From contig NIVC01000020.1 of NCBI GenBank assembly GCA_002269645.1, positions 62,001-126,000 of the forward strand: a stretch of 64,000 bases of DNA, read 5' to 3'. Under the pieces are notes generated by a model, which made no database searches, had not been told where the DNA came from, and worked only from the letters and a program-made list of their open reading frames with translations. Position 1 is the first letter of the stretch. Each line of letters starts with the position of its first letter. Below are positions 33,521 through 46,428 of the stretch, in pieces. Made by a program: the position numbers and the translations under genes. The stretch comes from Macrostomum lignano (lineage: Eukaryota).

Positions 33521-36197
33521 TATATGGATATCAATACATATAGTTAGGAATTTCCACATTGGAATTGAGTACAGGCACCATTTTTACTTCAGAACCACCG
33601 GGAAACTTAAGCAACCAAGGATTCGCTGAGTTAATGCTAGTTGAGTAGTGGCTGCATTGCTCATACAGCAGACCGATGTCACTCGATGAAGCCATGGATC
33701 TCAGCCGCGGTCTCGCTGTCCCCGAGCAGCCAGGGTGATGGATTGATGGAACAGTGTTCTCGAGCTTGCGGAGGCTTGAGAGTCCCTAGGGGCGGTCAGG
33801 CCTGAGACAGAGAGAAAAGTATCAGTTTCAATTGGTCATCGGTCATGCACTGCTTACCTGCCCAAGCACTGGTATTGGTGAACGGATCCAGCCGAAATCT
33901 CATGAATTTGAAGTGCCTTAAGATCCGTGCTGCAAGTAAATTACCCACCCAATTCAGCTCCTACCAGCTGCCACTATTCGACCGGCTCTACCAGAGTCAA
34001 ATGCTTCAAAGCAATAATCACGGCAGTAGAGCCCAAGCGTATTCATGTTAATGGGGAAGATGCCTGCTGCTAAAGCGGCCTGATTTATAGGGCTCAAGTC
34101 CCGGACAAGCGAGCAAACCCCCCCCCCCCGAATGATCAGCCAAATACTTTGACTGTCTGCCCGCCGCGGCCGGCCGATCTCCAGCCAGATATTGAAAATA
34201 GATGGCCGAAGAATTTGATTTCCCAAGAGGCGGGGGAAGAGGTCAGATTGGGATCTCTGGCTGCAGCCGGGTTTCCCTTCGCGCGGATGCGGAGATGTCA
34301 GCTCAATCGGAGCTGCATTTTATTTTTATTCACCTGCCAATAAGGCGAACGGTTTCTCTTCCCAGATAGCTTGGCGAGACGCGGCTCTCCTGCTGCACTT
34401 CAAGCTGTCTCGGGCATTCGCGGGATTCCTGACGGCGGATTCCAGCTGAGTGGCAGCAGCAGCGGTCATCTGTTTTGAGTTGAATCTGCTTTTAGAGGAA
34501 GAAAAGCTTTTAAGTCTTCTGTTGCTTGGCGGACTGCTGCTTGCGAAGGCATTTCAGTTCAGGCATTTTTTTCCGGCACAGGTAGTGGTGCTGGACTGTG
34601 CGCGTTTCCCCGCTACCTGAGGAAATGCGAAATGCAAAAATCCGAAATCGCTGCTCTTTAGACTTGCCCGGGCAGTGGGGTTTGCAGCTGAGCACAAATT
34701 ATTTGTTGTATTGATTAAATTCACAAATCCAACCCAAGGCCAATCTGACTCCTTGGGGAATTTCAAGGATTTGGCTGGGAGCTGCACATCTCGAAATCTT
34801 CTTCAAAAACGTTGGTTGCAGAACGTTTTGCACTTTTAACCTTCTGGACGCCTTCCAGATCGACCAGTTTCCGGGCCGGCTGGCTCGTTAGCTGGCATTC
34901 TGCGACTCTTGGAGCTTAAGAGGAGGTTAAAAATTAAAGCTTGGGAGACGGGTAGAGTGACAATGAGTGCGATGGAGTGACAATATTTGCAAGATTGAGG
35001 CAGAGTGATGCAGGACGCTGAGAGACGGTGGCCGGGAGCCCAGCTGGTCGGACAGCTAATAAACAGCAAGTGGAGACTGCCGGGCCGCCGCTGCCCCGGT
35101 CAAACAGGGCCGCCGCAAAGAGTGGAAGGAAAACACGAGAAGGCAAAACGAAATCAGAGGCAGCGGGGTTTGCTGCGTGCGCACTTTGCCCCTCAGCCAG
35201 TCTTAAACAGTCCATGCCCAGGCCACGCACAGCTTCAGGAGATCCTCTTGGCAACTCAGCTGAGCCGCTACTTTCAACTTTGCCGTGTCGCCTGCACTGC
35301 GGTCGATTTGCGCAATTCTGCACCGGCTTGAGGCCCTGGGCGGCTGCAGTTTTCTTAGAAAACACTCACTTTCTCCGGCCAGCTCTGCTTCTGCATCGCG
35401 AAAGTTGAAAGTTGCGCTTCCGGGTGGTCGCTAACTGCTTCCCAGTTCTCCGGTTTCGCCCATTTGCCTCCATCCTCCACACCGTAGGGAGAAGGCGGAC
35501 TCAGCTGCCTGAGCCCTCGGACTTGCCGGAGACCTGCAAGCAGTCTCGCCAATAAAAAGATCGGAGCAGATCGGGCCGCCCCCCCCCAGCTCCCCACTCC
35601 AGCACGCCGCTGCCGCGCTCCTCCAGAAATTGACTAACAATTGTTTGCACTGGCGGCAATAGAGCGAGGCCCGCTGTGGGCTGCCAAGAGGCTCCGCAGA
35701 CAGCCGGTTCTCACAGCCCCTGTTGCTCTGCACTCTCAGTGACTTGCTGGGGTCAAACAGGAATTGATTCCCAGCCTGCCCCGGTCTGACTTCTTAACCG
35801 GCTACAGGGGTTGGGGGACTGCCTGGCAAGTGCCAACTGTCAGCAAGTCCAGAGCGCCAATGCAAGTGTTGCCAGCCGCTCGCCTGTTCAGTCATAGCCC
35901 GCCCCGCCCCATTGGAGTTGATGGCATTGAAATGCGCCATTGAGCTGGGCAAGTTTATGGCATCCCGCCGGACGAGCAGCTGACGCCAGCGCCGTCTCAC
36001 CAGCTGGCCGCGAGAGGGCTGGGATCGGCAGCGCAACCGCCACCGCGGCTGATTGGCCAACGGTCTGCCAGCCAATCAGAGTCGTCTGTGGCCGGCCGAA
36101 AGAATTTCCTTAGCAAAGAAGAGAACAACGAAGAAGCAAGCAAAGAAGACAAGGAGCAACAGAAAAGACGAAAAAACGGCGCCGGCGGCCACGAGAA

Positions 36198-38351
36198 ATG
36201 CCGGACCTGACAAAGCCTGGCCGTCGAGAGCTGCTGCTCAGCCGGCTGCGGCAGCTGCTTGGCAGCTCCACAGCTCACGGCGTGAACAAGCTGGTGCAGC
36301 AAGACACCAACTGGACGGTGCGCGTGATCTGGTTCACGATCTTTGTCAGCGCCGTCTGCGGGGTGACGCTGCACACGGCCACCGTCATTCGCCTGTACTT
36401 CAGCTACCCCGTCAGCTCCACGGTGCGCCAGGAGGTCAACGGATTCGAGTTCCCGGACGTCACCATCTGCGACACCATGCTGAAGAAGTTCTTCCTGTAC
36501 AATGTGTCCCACTATGACCGGCGCACTGAGGACCGCGCCTTCAGCCGCTTCTCCCAGGTGGTGCAGACGATGTTGGGCTACCAGTTCGGCTGGGAGTCCA
36601 AGAAGTTCCTGAAGGCCACCTACACGGCCTCCGGCCACATGTTCAACATGTCTGAGGTCAGCGCCAGGGCACAGGACTTTGTGCTGTACTGCGAGTTCGA
36701 CCAGAAGCCGTGCAGTCACAAAGACTTCGTCCTGTACTACGACAAAGAGTACGGCAACTGCTACACCTTCCAGCCGGCGTCCAGGCAGCTGGAGAAGGCG
36801 GGAGCAGAGATGGGTCTCATCATGGTACTGTACCCGCCCTCAGTCGATGCGAACTTCGAGGAGGACCGCATCATGAAGACGGCCACAGGCCTGGAGAGCA
36901 AAGGCTTCCAGGTGACGGTTCATCAGCGCAACACGCGGCCGGACCCGCACGAGTTCGGCATCACCGCCCCGGTCGGCATGCGCACCGACTTCGCGCTGTC
37001 GCAGGCGAAGATCCGCCTGGCCAACACGAACACGCGGCCCTGCGCCCCGGCCGGCGTGCGCCGCTTCTGGAACCCCTTCCTCCGCCTCCACCAGGAGTAC
37101 GAGGACCGCCTCTACAGCTGCGTGGAGAATGAGGACGCGCTGAGCCTGCTCAGAACCTGCCGCTGCACCATCGAAGGCCTGATACCAGCGGAGGAAAAAC
37201 GCCTGCTGCAGGCGGATTACTGCCACGACATCCTCGACATGCGGAACTTCAACAGCAGCCGCTTTGCCAGAGTCTCCAACCTGGTGCTCAACATGTGGCG
37301 CATCTTCTCCGAGGAGCGCAAGAGGAAGTACGCAGCCCTCATCGTCAAGGTGATCGGCGCCAAGATCATCGAGAAGTTTCCCGATCTCGGCGAGCGGCTC
37401 AACCGGGCTGAGTGCGCTTACAACTTCTCGCAGAAGCAGAGCCTCTCTCTGTGCCTGAACGAGTGCCAGTACAGCGAGTACTCGTCCGCCATTGCGCTGG
37501 CCGAATGGCCGGACCGAACTTTCGCCAGCCGAGGCAGCCTCATCCGCATCAAGAAGCTGGGCAGCATGCTCGCCGACTACATCTCTGTGGTGGCGAACCT
37601 GACGCCGCCTGCAGCTCTGGTCACTTCGCTGGGCATCTCCAATCGAAACGTGTCTAGCTGCCGGGAGGACATCCACCCCAACTACGACCCCGCGGCGCTG
37701 GAGGACACTGACTGCACGGACCTGCAGCGGTTCGTCAGCAACACGCTGGTGCAGGTGAGGGTCTACCCCAAGACGCTCACCGTGCGCCTGCTGATTGAGG
37801 AGCGGAGCTACGAGCTCGAGAAGCTCTTCTCAGACATTGGCGGCATCCTCGGCCTGTGGGTCGGCATCAGCGTCATCACCATCTTCGAGCTGGCGGAGAT
37901 CGCAGTGCTGTCTGCTGCCTTCCTCTACAACCTTATCAACAAGCCCGGCGGCGCCAGCGGCCAGCAGCAGCCGCCAAACTCGTCACCCACTCGCCGGGTC
38001 GATGAGGCACTCGAGGCTTCAGAACCGCCTCAGCGGCTGCTGCAGCGGCGAAGGCAGCGGCTTGACCCGCGAGATCAGGCCGAGTCACCGCCGCTGCTGC
38101 CACATCAAAATGGCAGCCTTCTTCGGCATCAGCAGCAGCAGCAGCAACAGCTTCAGCCACAGAAGCAACTACATCAAGAGCAAAGCCAGCAACAAGAACA
38201 ACTGCTGCCGCAGAGGCAACAAGCAGAGCAAGAACAGCAGAAGAAAAAGCAGCAGGACAGCCAAGAGCAATCGCAGCAGCAACGGCGTCACGTGATGTTG
38301 CAGCAGCGGAAGGACATCTGTTTAAACTACGATATTGAGACAACGCTGTGA
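36198..38351 (+). CDS. Intronless DEG/ENaC/ASIC-family sodium channel subunit (717 aa) with a Gln-rich C-terminal tail
   Basis: STAHGV (HG motif), TM1 VIWFTIFVSAVCGV, FPDVTIC, YGNCYTF, Cys-rich thumb, TM2 LFSDIGGILGLWVGISVITIFEL. Confidence 0.95.
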   Translation: MPDLTKPGRRELLLSRLRQLLGSSTAHGVNKLVQQDTNWTVRVIWFTIFVSAVCGVTLHTATVIRLYFSYPVSSTVRQEVNGFEFPDVTICDTMLKKFFLYNVSHYDRRTEDRAFSRFSQVVQTMLGYQFGWESKKFLKATYTASGHMFNMSEVSARAQDFVLYCEFDQKPCSHKDFVLYYDKEYGNCYTFQPASRQLEKAGAEMGLIMVLYPPSVDANFEEDRIMKTATGLESKGFQVTVHQRNTRPDPHEFGITAPVGMRTDFALSQAKIRLANTNTRPCAPAGVRRFWNPFLRLHQEYEDRLYSCVENEDALSLLRTCRCTIEGLIPAEEKRLLQADYCHDILDMRNFNSSRFARVSNLVLNMWRIFSEERKRKYAALIVKVIGAKIIEKFPDLGERLNRAECAYNFSQKQSLSLCLNECQYSEYSSAIALAEWPDRTFASRGSLIRIKKLGSMLADYISVVANLTPPAALVTSLGISNRNVSSCREDIHPNYDPAALEDTDCTDLQRFVSNTLVQVRVYPKTLTVRLLIEERSYELEKLFSDIGGILGLWVGISVITIFELAEIAVLSAAFLYNLINKPGGASGQQQPPNSSPTRRVDEALEASEPPQRLLQRRRQRLDPRDQAESPPLLPHQNGSLLRHQQQQQQQLQPQKQLHQEQSQQQEQLLPQRQQAEQEQQKKKQQDSQEQSQQQRRHVMLQQRKDICLNYDIETTL

Positions 38352-39249
38352 CAGCAAAGCCAAGCTGTAAATTTACCTGTCGCTTTAACTGTACGAGATG
38401 CTCGATCCCCAGTGCAATTGCTATTTCACAACCGACTGCCTTCACTACGGTAAGCTTTCGTAGGGCGACTTCAGGTTTGCACGCTGCACCTTGACTTTTC
38501 CTGGGAAAATTTTCCCCCAGCCCGATCGATATTATTTCTAAAAGGATGCGAATGTAAAAAGTAAATAGAATATAGAAGTACCGGAGGGAATCAGACTAAC
38601 GGGTATTGAACAGGTAAATCAGCGGCTTCAATGCTGCCAGCCTCCATGCTGTGCAGCATGGGGAGCAGAAAACTTCAGAAAACTGCCACCCCGCACTGTC
38701 ACCAGCACCCCTGCCCGCTCGTTCCCGCAGCCTTTAATCTTAGCTCGCCATCGCTGGTTCAAGGAGCTCCGTTGCGCCCCGCTGGCCCGTCAGTCTCCCA
38801 GCGCTTTGTTGCCAGAGAAAACTTTGACGCGATCCCCGTTTATCTGGCTCATTGGTCTCTCGTTCAAGCTGGAGGGGGAACCGGGCGCGCTTTGGGCAGC
38901 CACCCAGACTGGCGATCGATAGAGCTGGACAAAATACTAATTGGCTTTGTCTGTGCGATACTCAAGAATTTCAGCGACTGTCAAGCTCAGTGGCGCTGCC
39001 GCTGCAAAGCACTGTAGGTCCGTGTTCTAAAAGCAATTCCAGTAAGTAATTTGAGCTCCTGTAGACACTGGCTGCACAGCTAAAACTAGTTCAGCACTTT
39101 CTCATCAAATACCAGATTCCTAAAGTACATAGTGTCTCATCTTCTAATAGCCAAGCCTGCTGCACCAGACTATGGTGCTCCCTGGTTGCAGCAGGAGTCC
39201 TACTGAGTGAATTGCTTCATTCTTTGCATCCTTATTTTAGCTCGTACTC

Positions 39250-39470
39250 ATGTGATTCTTATGTGATCTTTATGTGATTCTTATGTGATTCTTATGTGAT
39301 CCTTTTGTGATTCTTATGTGATTCTCATGTGATTCTTATGTGATATTTATGCGATATATATGTGATCCTTTTCTGACCCTATGTGATCCTTATGTGATTC
39401 TCATGTGTTTCTTATGTGATTCTCATGTGATTCTTATGTGATCCTTATTTGACCTTATGTGATCCTGATG
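39250..39470. repeat. Degenerate 11-bp minisatellite (cttatgtgatt)
   Basis: About 19 copies. Confidence 0.9.
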
Positions 39471-40876
39471 TAATCAGATTTCAGTAGAAGTTTTGTATCT
39501 CTACAGCGAACAAATCGAATTGCAAGTTCCAGCCTCCATGACGCATCTATTAAACACTCCGCATAGCAAATCTTGTGGAGCTCTCAAAGTGCATTTTGAG
39601 CTTTGATCACGGCTGCGAGAGCAGACGCTGAGGCTCTGAGTATTTTTGCAGTTTCCCTCCCGTGGCTGTCTGTTGTTTATTCGCCTGCTAATGCTTTGAT
39701 AATGCTTTGATCATCTGACTCCCGCTATCCACTGGGACTGTTGAGTCGCCTGAGTTTCCGCGCATTCTTTCCACTATGGCTGATATTCACCTGTGCACTC
39801 CGAATTGGTAAATATACTGGGAGGCTGACCGATGCCCCTCGAACCGGTGAAGCCAGCGCTGTCTTGCCTTTCATTTTGCTGGTTAGTGATTGAGTGAGCA
39901 ATGCGGCATTAAGTAAGCAGGCCGGGGCCTCAATTATAGAGTTCGGTAGGCGTCTTGATAGTATACACATTCTTATTTAAAAACTGGAGACGGCATGCTG
40001 AAGACAGTATGAGTGCGTTCCTGCGCACGGTATTGGCCCTCTTGTATGGGTTCAGGAGTCACCGGTTCTGGGATCCTCCTGTCAGTACTTACTTTTGTAA
40101 TAAATGTAGGCAGTCCAAAGAGATCGTTGTTAAAGGCCAACAGTATTTGCAATGGCCGATGCTACAAGTTCTGCAGATTAGTCTAGTCACAGATTAGCAA
40201 GGATTTGCGCTGGCCGATGCTACAAGTTCTGCAGTTTAGTCTAGTCACATATTAGCAAGGATTTGCGCTAGCTTTGGCCTCCGTGGCACTAAGTTATTTT
40301 GGAGAGAAGACAGCGCCTTGCAAGGTTGTCTGTCAGGCAGCAGCTGGATGGGATCCTGCTCTGCTAAGCCGGAGTCGAATAGCAGTTTGCATTGCGGCTG
40401 AGCCCCACAGTTCCGCAGCAGATCGCTAACAGGATTAACTGCATGCACAGGCCAGTTAGCTCGTGTGCCAGTAGCCTTAGAAAGCATATGAGAGCAGACA
40501 GACCCAACCGCCGAGTGCTGCGAACAGACAGACTGTTTGAGCTTCAAATCTTCGACATTCTCTTGGGCCGAATCGCAAGTGGCAGCTGAGTTCAGATCGC
40601 TTTCGAACGGCGGTCTTTAAAGCGGATTTCGCTGAGAATCACACGGAACTCAGGCTTAGGAATGTCCTCCCTTCCTGAGATGGTCGAGAAAAGAGCTGAG
40701 CCTGACCAGAGCCTGTGGAGAGGGCTGCAGCCTGTAAAAAGCATCCTTTATCAGCGATGAAGCAACCTAAAAGGTCTGCATTTTTGTGGGGTTGATGCAG
40801 AATCTCGTCTCAAAGGTATTCTGAAAGTTCGAACCAGAGCAACGCAGATCAAATGTTACAGCTGGGCCTGAACGCT

Positions 40877-41894
40877 AAGCGCCTGCTGCAAGAGCCCATT
40901 GTACACACGAAGCGCCTGCTGCAAGAGCCCATTGTACACACGAAGCGCCTGCTGCAAGAGCCCATTGTACACACGAAGCGCCTGCTGCAAGAGCCCATTG
41001 TACACGCGAAGCGCCTGCTGCAAGAGCCCATTGTACACACGAAGCGCCTGCTGCAAGAGCCCATTGTACACACGAAGCGCCTGCTGCAAGAGCCCATTGT
41101 ACACGCGAAGCGCCTGCTGCAAGAGCCCATTGTACACACGAAGCGCCTGCTGCAAGAGCCCATTGTACACGCGAAGCGCCTGCTGCAAGAGCCCATTGTA
41201 CACACGAAGCGCCTGCTGCAAGAGCCCATTGTACACGCGAAGCGCCTGCTGCAAGAGCCCATTGTACACACGAAGCGCCTGCTGCAAGAGCCCATTGTAC
41301 ACGCGAAGCGCCTGCTGCAAGAGCCCATTGTACACACGAAGCGCCTGCTGCAAGAGCCCATTGTACACGCGAAGCGCCTGCTGCAAGAGCCCATTGTACA
41401 CGCGAAGCGCCTGCTGCAAGAGCCCATTGTACACGCGAAGCGCCTGCTGCAAGAGCCCATTGTACACACGAAGCGCCTGCTGCAAGAGCCCATTGTACAA
41501 GCGAAGCGCCTGCTGCAAGAGCCCATTGTACACACGAAGCGCCTGCTGCAAGAGCCCATTGTACACGCGAAGCGCCTGCTGCAAGAGCCCATTGTACACA
41601 CGAAGCGCCTGCTGCAAGAGCCCATTGTACAAGCGAAGCGACTGCTGCAAGAGCCCATTGTACACACGAAGCGCCTGCTGCAAGAGCCCATTGTACACGC
41701 GAAGCGCCTGCTGCAAGAGCCCATTGTACACACGAAGCGCCTGCTGCAAGAGCCCATTGTACACGCGAAGCGCCTGCTGCAAGAGCCCATTGTACACACG
41801 AAGCGCCTGCTGCAAGAGCCCATTGTACACGCGAAGCGCCTGCTGCAAGAGCCCATTGTACACGCGAAGCGCCTGCTGCAAGAGCCCATTGTAC
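40877..41894. repeat. 33-bp near-perfect minisatellite aagcgcctgctgcaagagcccattgtacac(a/g)cg, about 31 units
   Basis: Direct inspection. Two alternating variants. Confidence 0.97.
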
Positions 41895-42209
41895 TCGTTC
41901 GGGCCAAACAGCCGCCCCCAATGCAAATCCGCCGGTGGGCTGGGGCGGTCACGCACCGCTCTCTGCCAGCTCTACAGATCTGTCTGCGGTGGAGTGAGAG
42001 AGCTCTTAATTAAAAATCCCGGGAGCTGGAGTCATTTCTGCTGCAATAGGTCTTGGAGTCAGGAAAGCAAAGCAATTTCTGTGTTTTGGAAGGAGAGACG
42101 GACCAGAGGGCCGGAATGTTCCTGAGCTGAAATTATTTGTGCTTTGGCGTGCAAGTATGCGGCTCGTGCTATCTACATGTATCACCCTGTCCTCAGATCT
42201 AAGCAAATC

Positions 42210-43290
42210 CTCCGAATATAGACAAGCCTCCAAATCTAGACACCCCTCCGAATCTAGACACCCCTCCGAATCTAGACACTCCTCCTAATCTAGACACCCC
42301 TCCTAATCTAGACACCCCTCCTAATCTAGACACCCCTCCGAATCTAGACACCCCTCCTAATCTAGACACCCCTCCGAATCTAGACACCCCTCCGAATCTA
42401 GACACCCCTCCGAATCTAGACACCCCTCCGAATCTAGACACCCCTCCTAATCTAGACACCCCTCCTAATCTAGACACCCCTCCGAATCTAGACACCCCTC
42501 CTAATCTAGACACCCCTCCTAATCTAGACACCCCTCCTAATCTAGACACCCCTCCTAATCTAGACACCCCTCCAAATCTAGACACCCCTCCGAATCTAGA
42601 CACCCCTCCTAATCTAGACACCCCTCCTAATCTAGACACCCCTCCTAATCTAGACACCCCTCCGAATCTAGACACCCCTCCTAATCTAGACACCCCTCCT
42701 AATCTAGACACCCCTCCTAATCTAGACACCCCTCCGAATCTAGACACCCCTCCGAATCTAGACACCCCTCCTAATCTAGACACCCCTCCTAATCTAGACA
42801 CCCCTCCGAATCTAGACACCCCTCCGAATGTAGACAACCCTCCGAATCTAGACACCCTCTGAATCTGGACACCCCTCCAAATCTAGACACCCCTCCGAAT
42901 CTAGACACCCTCCAAATCTAGACACCCTCCGAATCTAGACACCCTCCGAATCTAGACACCCTCCGAATCTAGACACCCTCCGAAGCTAGACAATCCCTCC
43001 AAATCTATAGACACCCCTCCGAATCTAAACACCTCTCCAAATCTAGACACCCCTCCGAGTCTAGACACCCCTCCTAATCTAGACACCCTCCAAATCTAGA
43101 CACCCTCCGAATCTAGACACCCTCCGAATCTAGACACCCTCCGAATCTAGACACCCTCCGAAGCTAGACAATCCCTCCAAATCTATAGACACCCCTCCGA
43201 ATCTAAACACCTCTCCAAATCTAGACACCCCTCCGAGTCTAAACACCTCTCCAAATCTATAGACACCCCTCCGAAGCTAGACACCCCTTT
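42210..43290. repeat. 17-18-bp minisatellite aatctagacacccctcc(g/t)
   Basis: About 60 copies, degenerating at the right end. Confidence 0.95.
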
Positions 43291-43924
43291 AAATCCAGAA
43301 ACTACTCGGAATCCAGACAAATCCAGATCTATTCCGTCTAGCCACCAATGCCTCGCATTGAATGGATGCAAGCACCTCCCTCCACCAAGAAAGGCCGCGC
43401 AGAAGCTGTTGGCAAGCTTCACTTTGCATGCCAAGTTTGCCAAACTCGTAAAACAGCTCTCACGGAATGTGACAGTGCTTGGTGTTCGAGAATTGCGAAC
43501 GGAAAGTTGTCTTGCAAGTCATAAAAAAGCAACGGTACACGGCCAGAAAAAGCCGCGGTCTTAATGGCTTTTGCCACAACTGTGCAGTGGCTGTAATTTT
43601 TTTCCCTAAATGCGAGTCGAACGACTTGGTTGCTGGCCGGGACCAGCCGATTGCAGAAAGCGTGTCCGTTAAAAGCAGCGCTCGGTCCCAGCCGCTTCAG
43701 CAGCAGCCGAAGGCTGGCTTTCTTTGATGGAGACAGCCCGCCAAAATGGCAAAATTGTCAACTCAGCTGCAGCCGAGCTGAATGCTTACTCAGTACTGAT
43801 TCTCGATGTCAAAGGCGGGTCCTACGCGAAAATACGCCAACACGACAGTAAGGAATATAGCTTATTTGACACTAAAATATCAGCTGTTTTTACTTGAGGC
43901 AGCCCGTTTTGTCAAATTTCATTT

Positions 43925-44122
43925 CGACTACATGTTATGCTACATGCTACCTCAATTACCCCAGCTAATGCTGGCACCCATTTTACAGCTGAGTGAACTG
44001 AAGCAATGCAGAGTTTCAGTGTCTTGCTCAAGGACACAAATTGTTCAACTGGGATCGGGAATCGAACCCCCAACCTTCAAGTCATGAGTCCGACGCTCTG
44101 ACCACTAGGCTACAACCACCGC
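43925..44122 (-). mobile_element. tRNA-derived SINE with a CORE-like central domain
   Basis: A box TAGCCTAGTGG, B box GGTTCGATTCC and a Met-like CTCATGA loop, followed by tgtgtccttgagcaagacactg...cagctgtaaaatggg, which resembles the MIR/CORE domain. Confidence 0.75.
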
Positions 44123-44574
44123 AAAGACAGCTGGTATTTTATTCAAACCCAGCTTATGCAGATGTAATAAAACTTGTCTATAAATAGTGCCGTCCTCGCA
44201 CTGGGCCGCGGTTCAGACTGCGTGTGATGCTGCGGAATGCGACGCCACAGACAGTTTGTCACCGCGATGCCCTTAAGCGTCATCACAGGGCCGGACCGGA
44301 TTGCAGCTGCGACTGCAGGCCCAGACACACAAGGATAAAAAAGTTTTCTTAAAGCGGCATTACCGCCCAGGCGATCCCAGGCGCTCAGAAGCCGCCGGCC
44401 GTAATTTAGATTTCGAATTTGATTAGGCCGCCGCTGCTGCCAGTGCATTCGGCAAATATTAAACTGGCTTTGGCGTTCGCTGCGCACTAAGAGCGACTTT
44501 GGCCTCCGTAAAACTCAAAATGAACTTTAAGAGCCATTGTGCAACGCTGATTTTCCCTGTCAAAGACTGAGCCC

Positions 44575-45590
44575 TGTACCAGAAACCCTATCCCTGAACC
44601 AGAAACCCTATCCCTGAACCAGAAACCCTATCCCTGAACCAGAAACCCTAGCCCTGAACCAGAAACCCTATCCCTGAACCAGAAACCCTATCCCTGAACC
44701 AGAAACCCTATCCCTGAACCAGAAACCCTAGCCTTGAACCAGAAACCCTAGCATTGAACCAGAAACCCTAGCCCTGAACCAGAAACCCTAGCCCTGAACC
44801 AGAAACCCTAGCCCTGAACCAGAAACCCTAGCCCTGAACCAGAAACCCTAGCCTTGAACCAGAAACCCTATCCCTGAACCAGAAACCCTAGCCCTGAACC
44901 AGAAACCTCAGGCCTGAACCAGAAACCTCAGCCCTGAACCAGAAACCTCAGGCCTGAACCAGAAACCCTAGCCCTGAACCAGTAACTTCAGCCCTGAACC
45001 AGAAACCCTAGCCCTGAACCAGAAACCTCAGGCCTGAACCAGAAACCTCAGGCCTGAACCAGAAACCCTAGCCCTGAACCAGAAACCTCAGGCCTAAACC
45101 AGAAACCCCAGCCCTGAACCAGAAACCCTAGCTTTGAACCGGAAACATCAGGCCTGAACCAGATACCCTAAGCCCCTGAACCAGAAACCCTATCCCTGAA
45201 CCAGAAACCCTATCCCTGAACCAGAAACCCTAGCTCTGAACCAGAAACCTAAGGCCTGAACCAGAAACCCCAGGCCTAAACCAGAAACCCTAGCCCTGAA
45301 CCAGTAACCTCAGCCCTGATCCAGAAACCCTAGCCCTGAACCAGAAACCTCAGCCCTGAACCAGAAACCTCAGGCCTGAACCAGTAACCTCAGCCCTGAA
45401 CCAGAAACCCTAGCCCTGAACCAGAAACCTCAGCCCTGAACCAGAAACCTCAGGCCTAAACCAGAAACCCTAGCCCTGAACCAGAAACCCTATCCCTGAA
45501 CCAGAAACCCTATCCCTGAACCAGAAACCCTAGCCCTGAACCAGAAACCTAAGGCCTGAACCAGAAACCCCAGGCCTAAACCAGAAACCT
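44575..45590. repeat. 20-bp minisatellite gaaccagaaaccctagccct
   Basis: About 50 copies with variants. Confidence 0.95.
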
Positions 45591-45917
45591 GTGCCAAGAA
45601 ACTGTTAATTACACTTGACTTCCAGAGCATCAAATGACCAAACAAATGCCAAGAACTGCAGTTCAATTGCTAGTGTTTGGATTTCAAATTAGCCATGCAA
45701 AATGAAAGGCAATATAAACAACTCGAATGATTAATAATGTATAATTAATGCCATTGCAGGACAATAAACATTTGATTAAACAGGACAGAAGCAAAACAAA
45801 AGAGATCTAAGCAAAGTTCTTTAAGTGAAAAAGCAAAAAAGATAAGATATTGTAGATATCATGCGTCCTGTGACGAGATGGATCGGGCGGATCCAGACAC
45901 AGCTATAAAACATTGAG

Positions 45918-46302
45918 CTCTGAGTGCTCAAATCTCATGGAGACCGAGTGCTCAAATCTCATGGAGACCGAGTGCTCAAATCTCATGGAGACCGAGTGCT
46001 CAAATCTCATGGAGACCGAGTGCTCAAATCTCATGGAGACCGAGTGCTCAAATCTCATGGAGACCCATGCTGTGGGGAGCTCTGAGTGCTCAAATCTCAT
46101 GGAGACCCGTGCTGTGGGGAGCTCTGAGTGCTCAAATCTCAAGGACATGGGGACCCGTACTGTGGGGAGCTCTGAGTGCTCAAATCTCAAGGACATGGGG
46201 ACTCGTACTGTAGGAAGCTCTGAGTGCTCAAATCTCGTGGAGACCCATGCTGTGGGGAGCTCTGAGTGCTCAAATCTCATGGAGACTCATGCTGTGGGGA
46301 GC
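45918..46302. repeat. Compound 24/39/42-bp minisatellite (core gagtgctcaaatctc)
   Basis: Direct inspection; lies just 3' of the CNP stop codon. Confidence 0.9.
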
Positions 46303-46428
46303 TAAGAGACAGTTCAGCCACTAATCACCGAGGACTTTAACAACATTGATCAAAGCTAAACAGAGAAAGCCTGTACATACTTCTCTATGCGGCAATAATC
46401 TTATAATGCGCTGACCAGGCTACTGCAG

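Noticed and set aside
40849-42125. ORFs of 350-410 aa; the 33-bp unit is stop-free in all six frames
   Set aside because: The unit length is divisible by 3 and GC-rich, so 66 stop-free codons is not improbable (roughly 1 in 8). No flanking gene structure.
44050-44122. Functional tRNA-Met gene (and a tRNA at 52514-52583)
   Set aside because: Acceptor stems are poor and the sequence continues into SINE-like bodies, so these are annotated as SINE heads.
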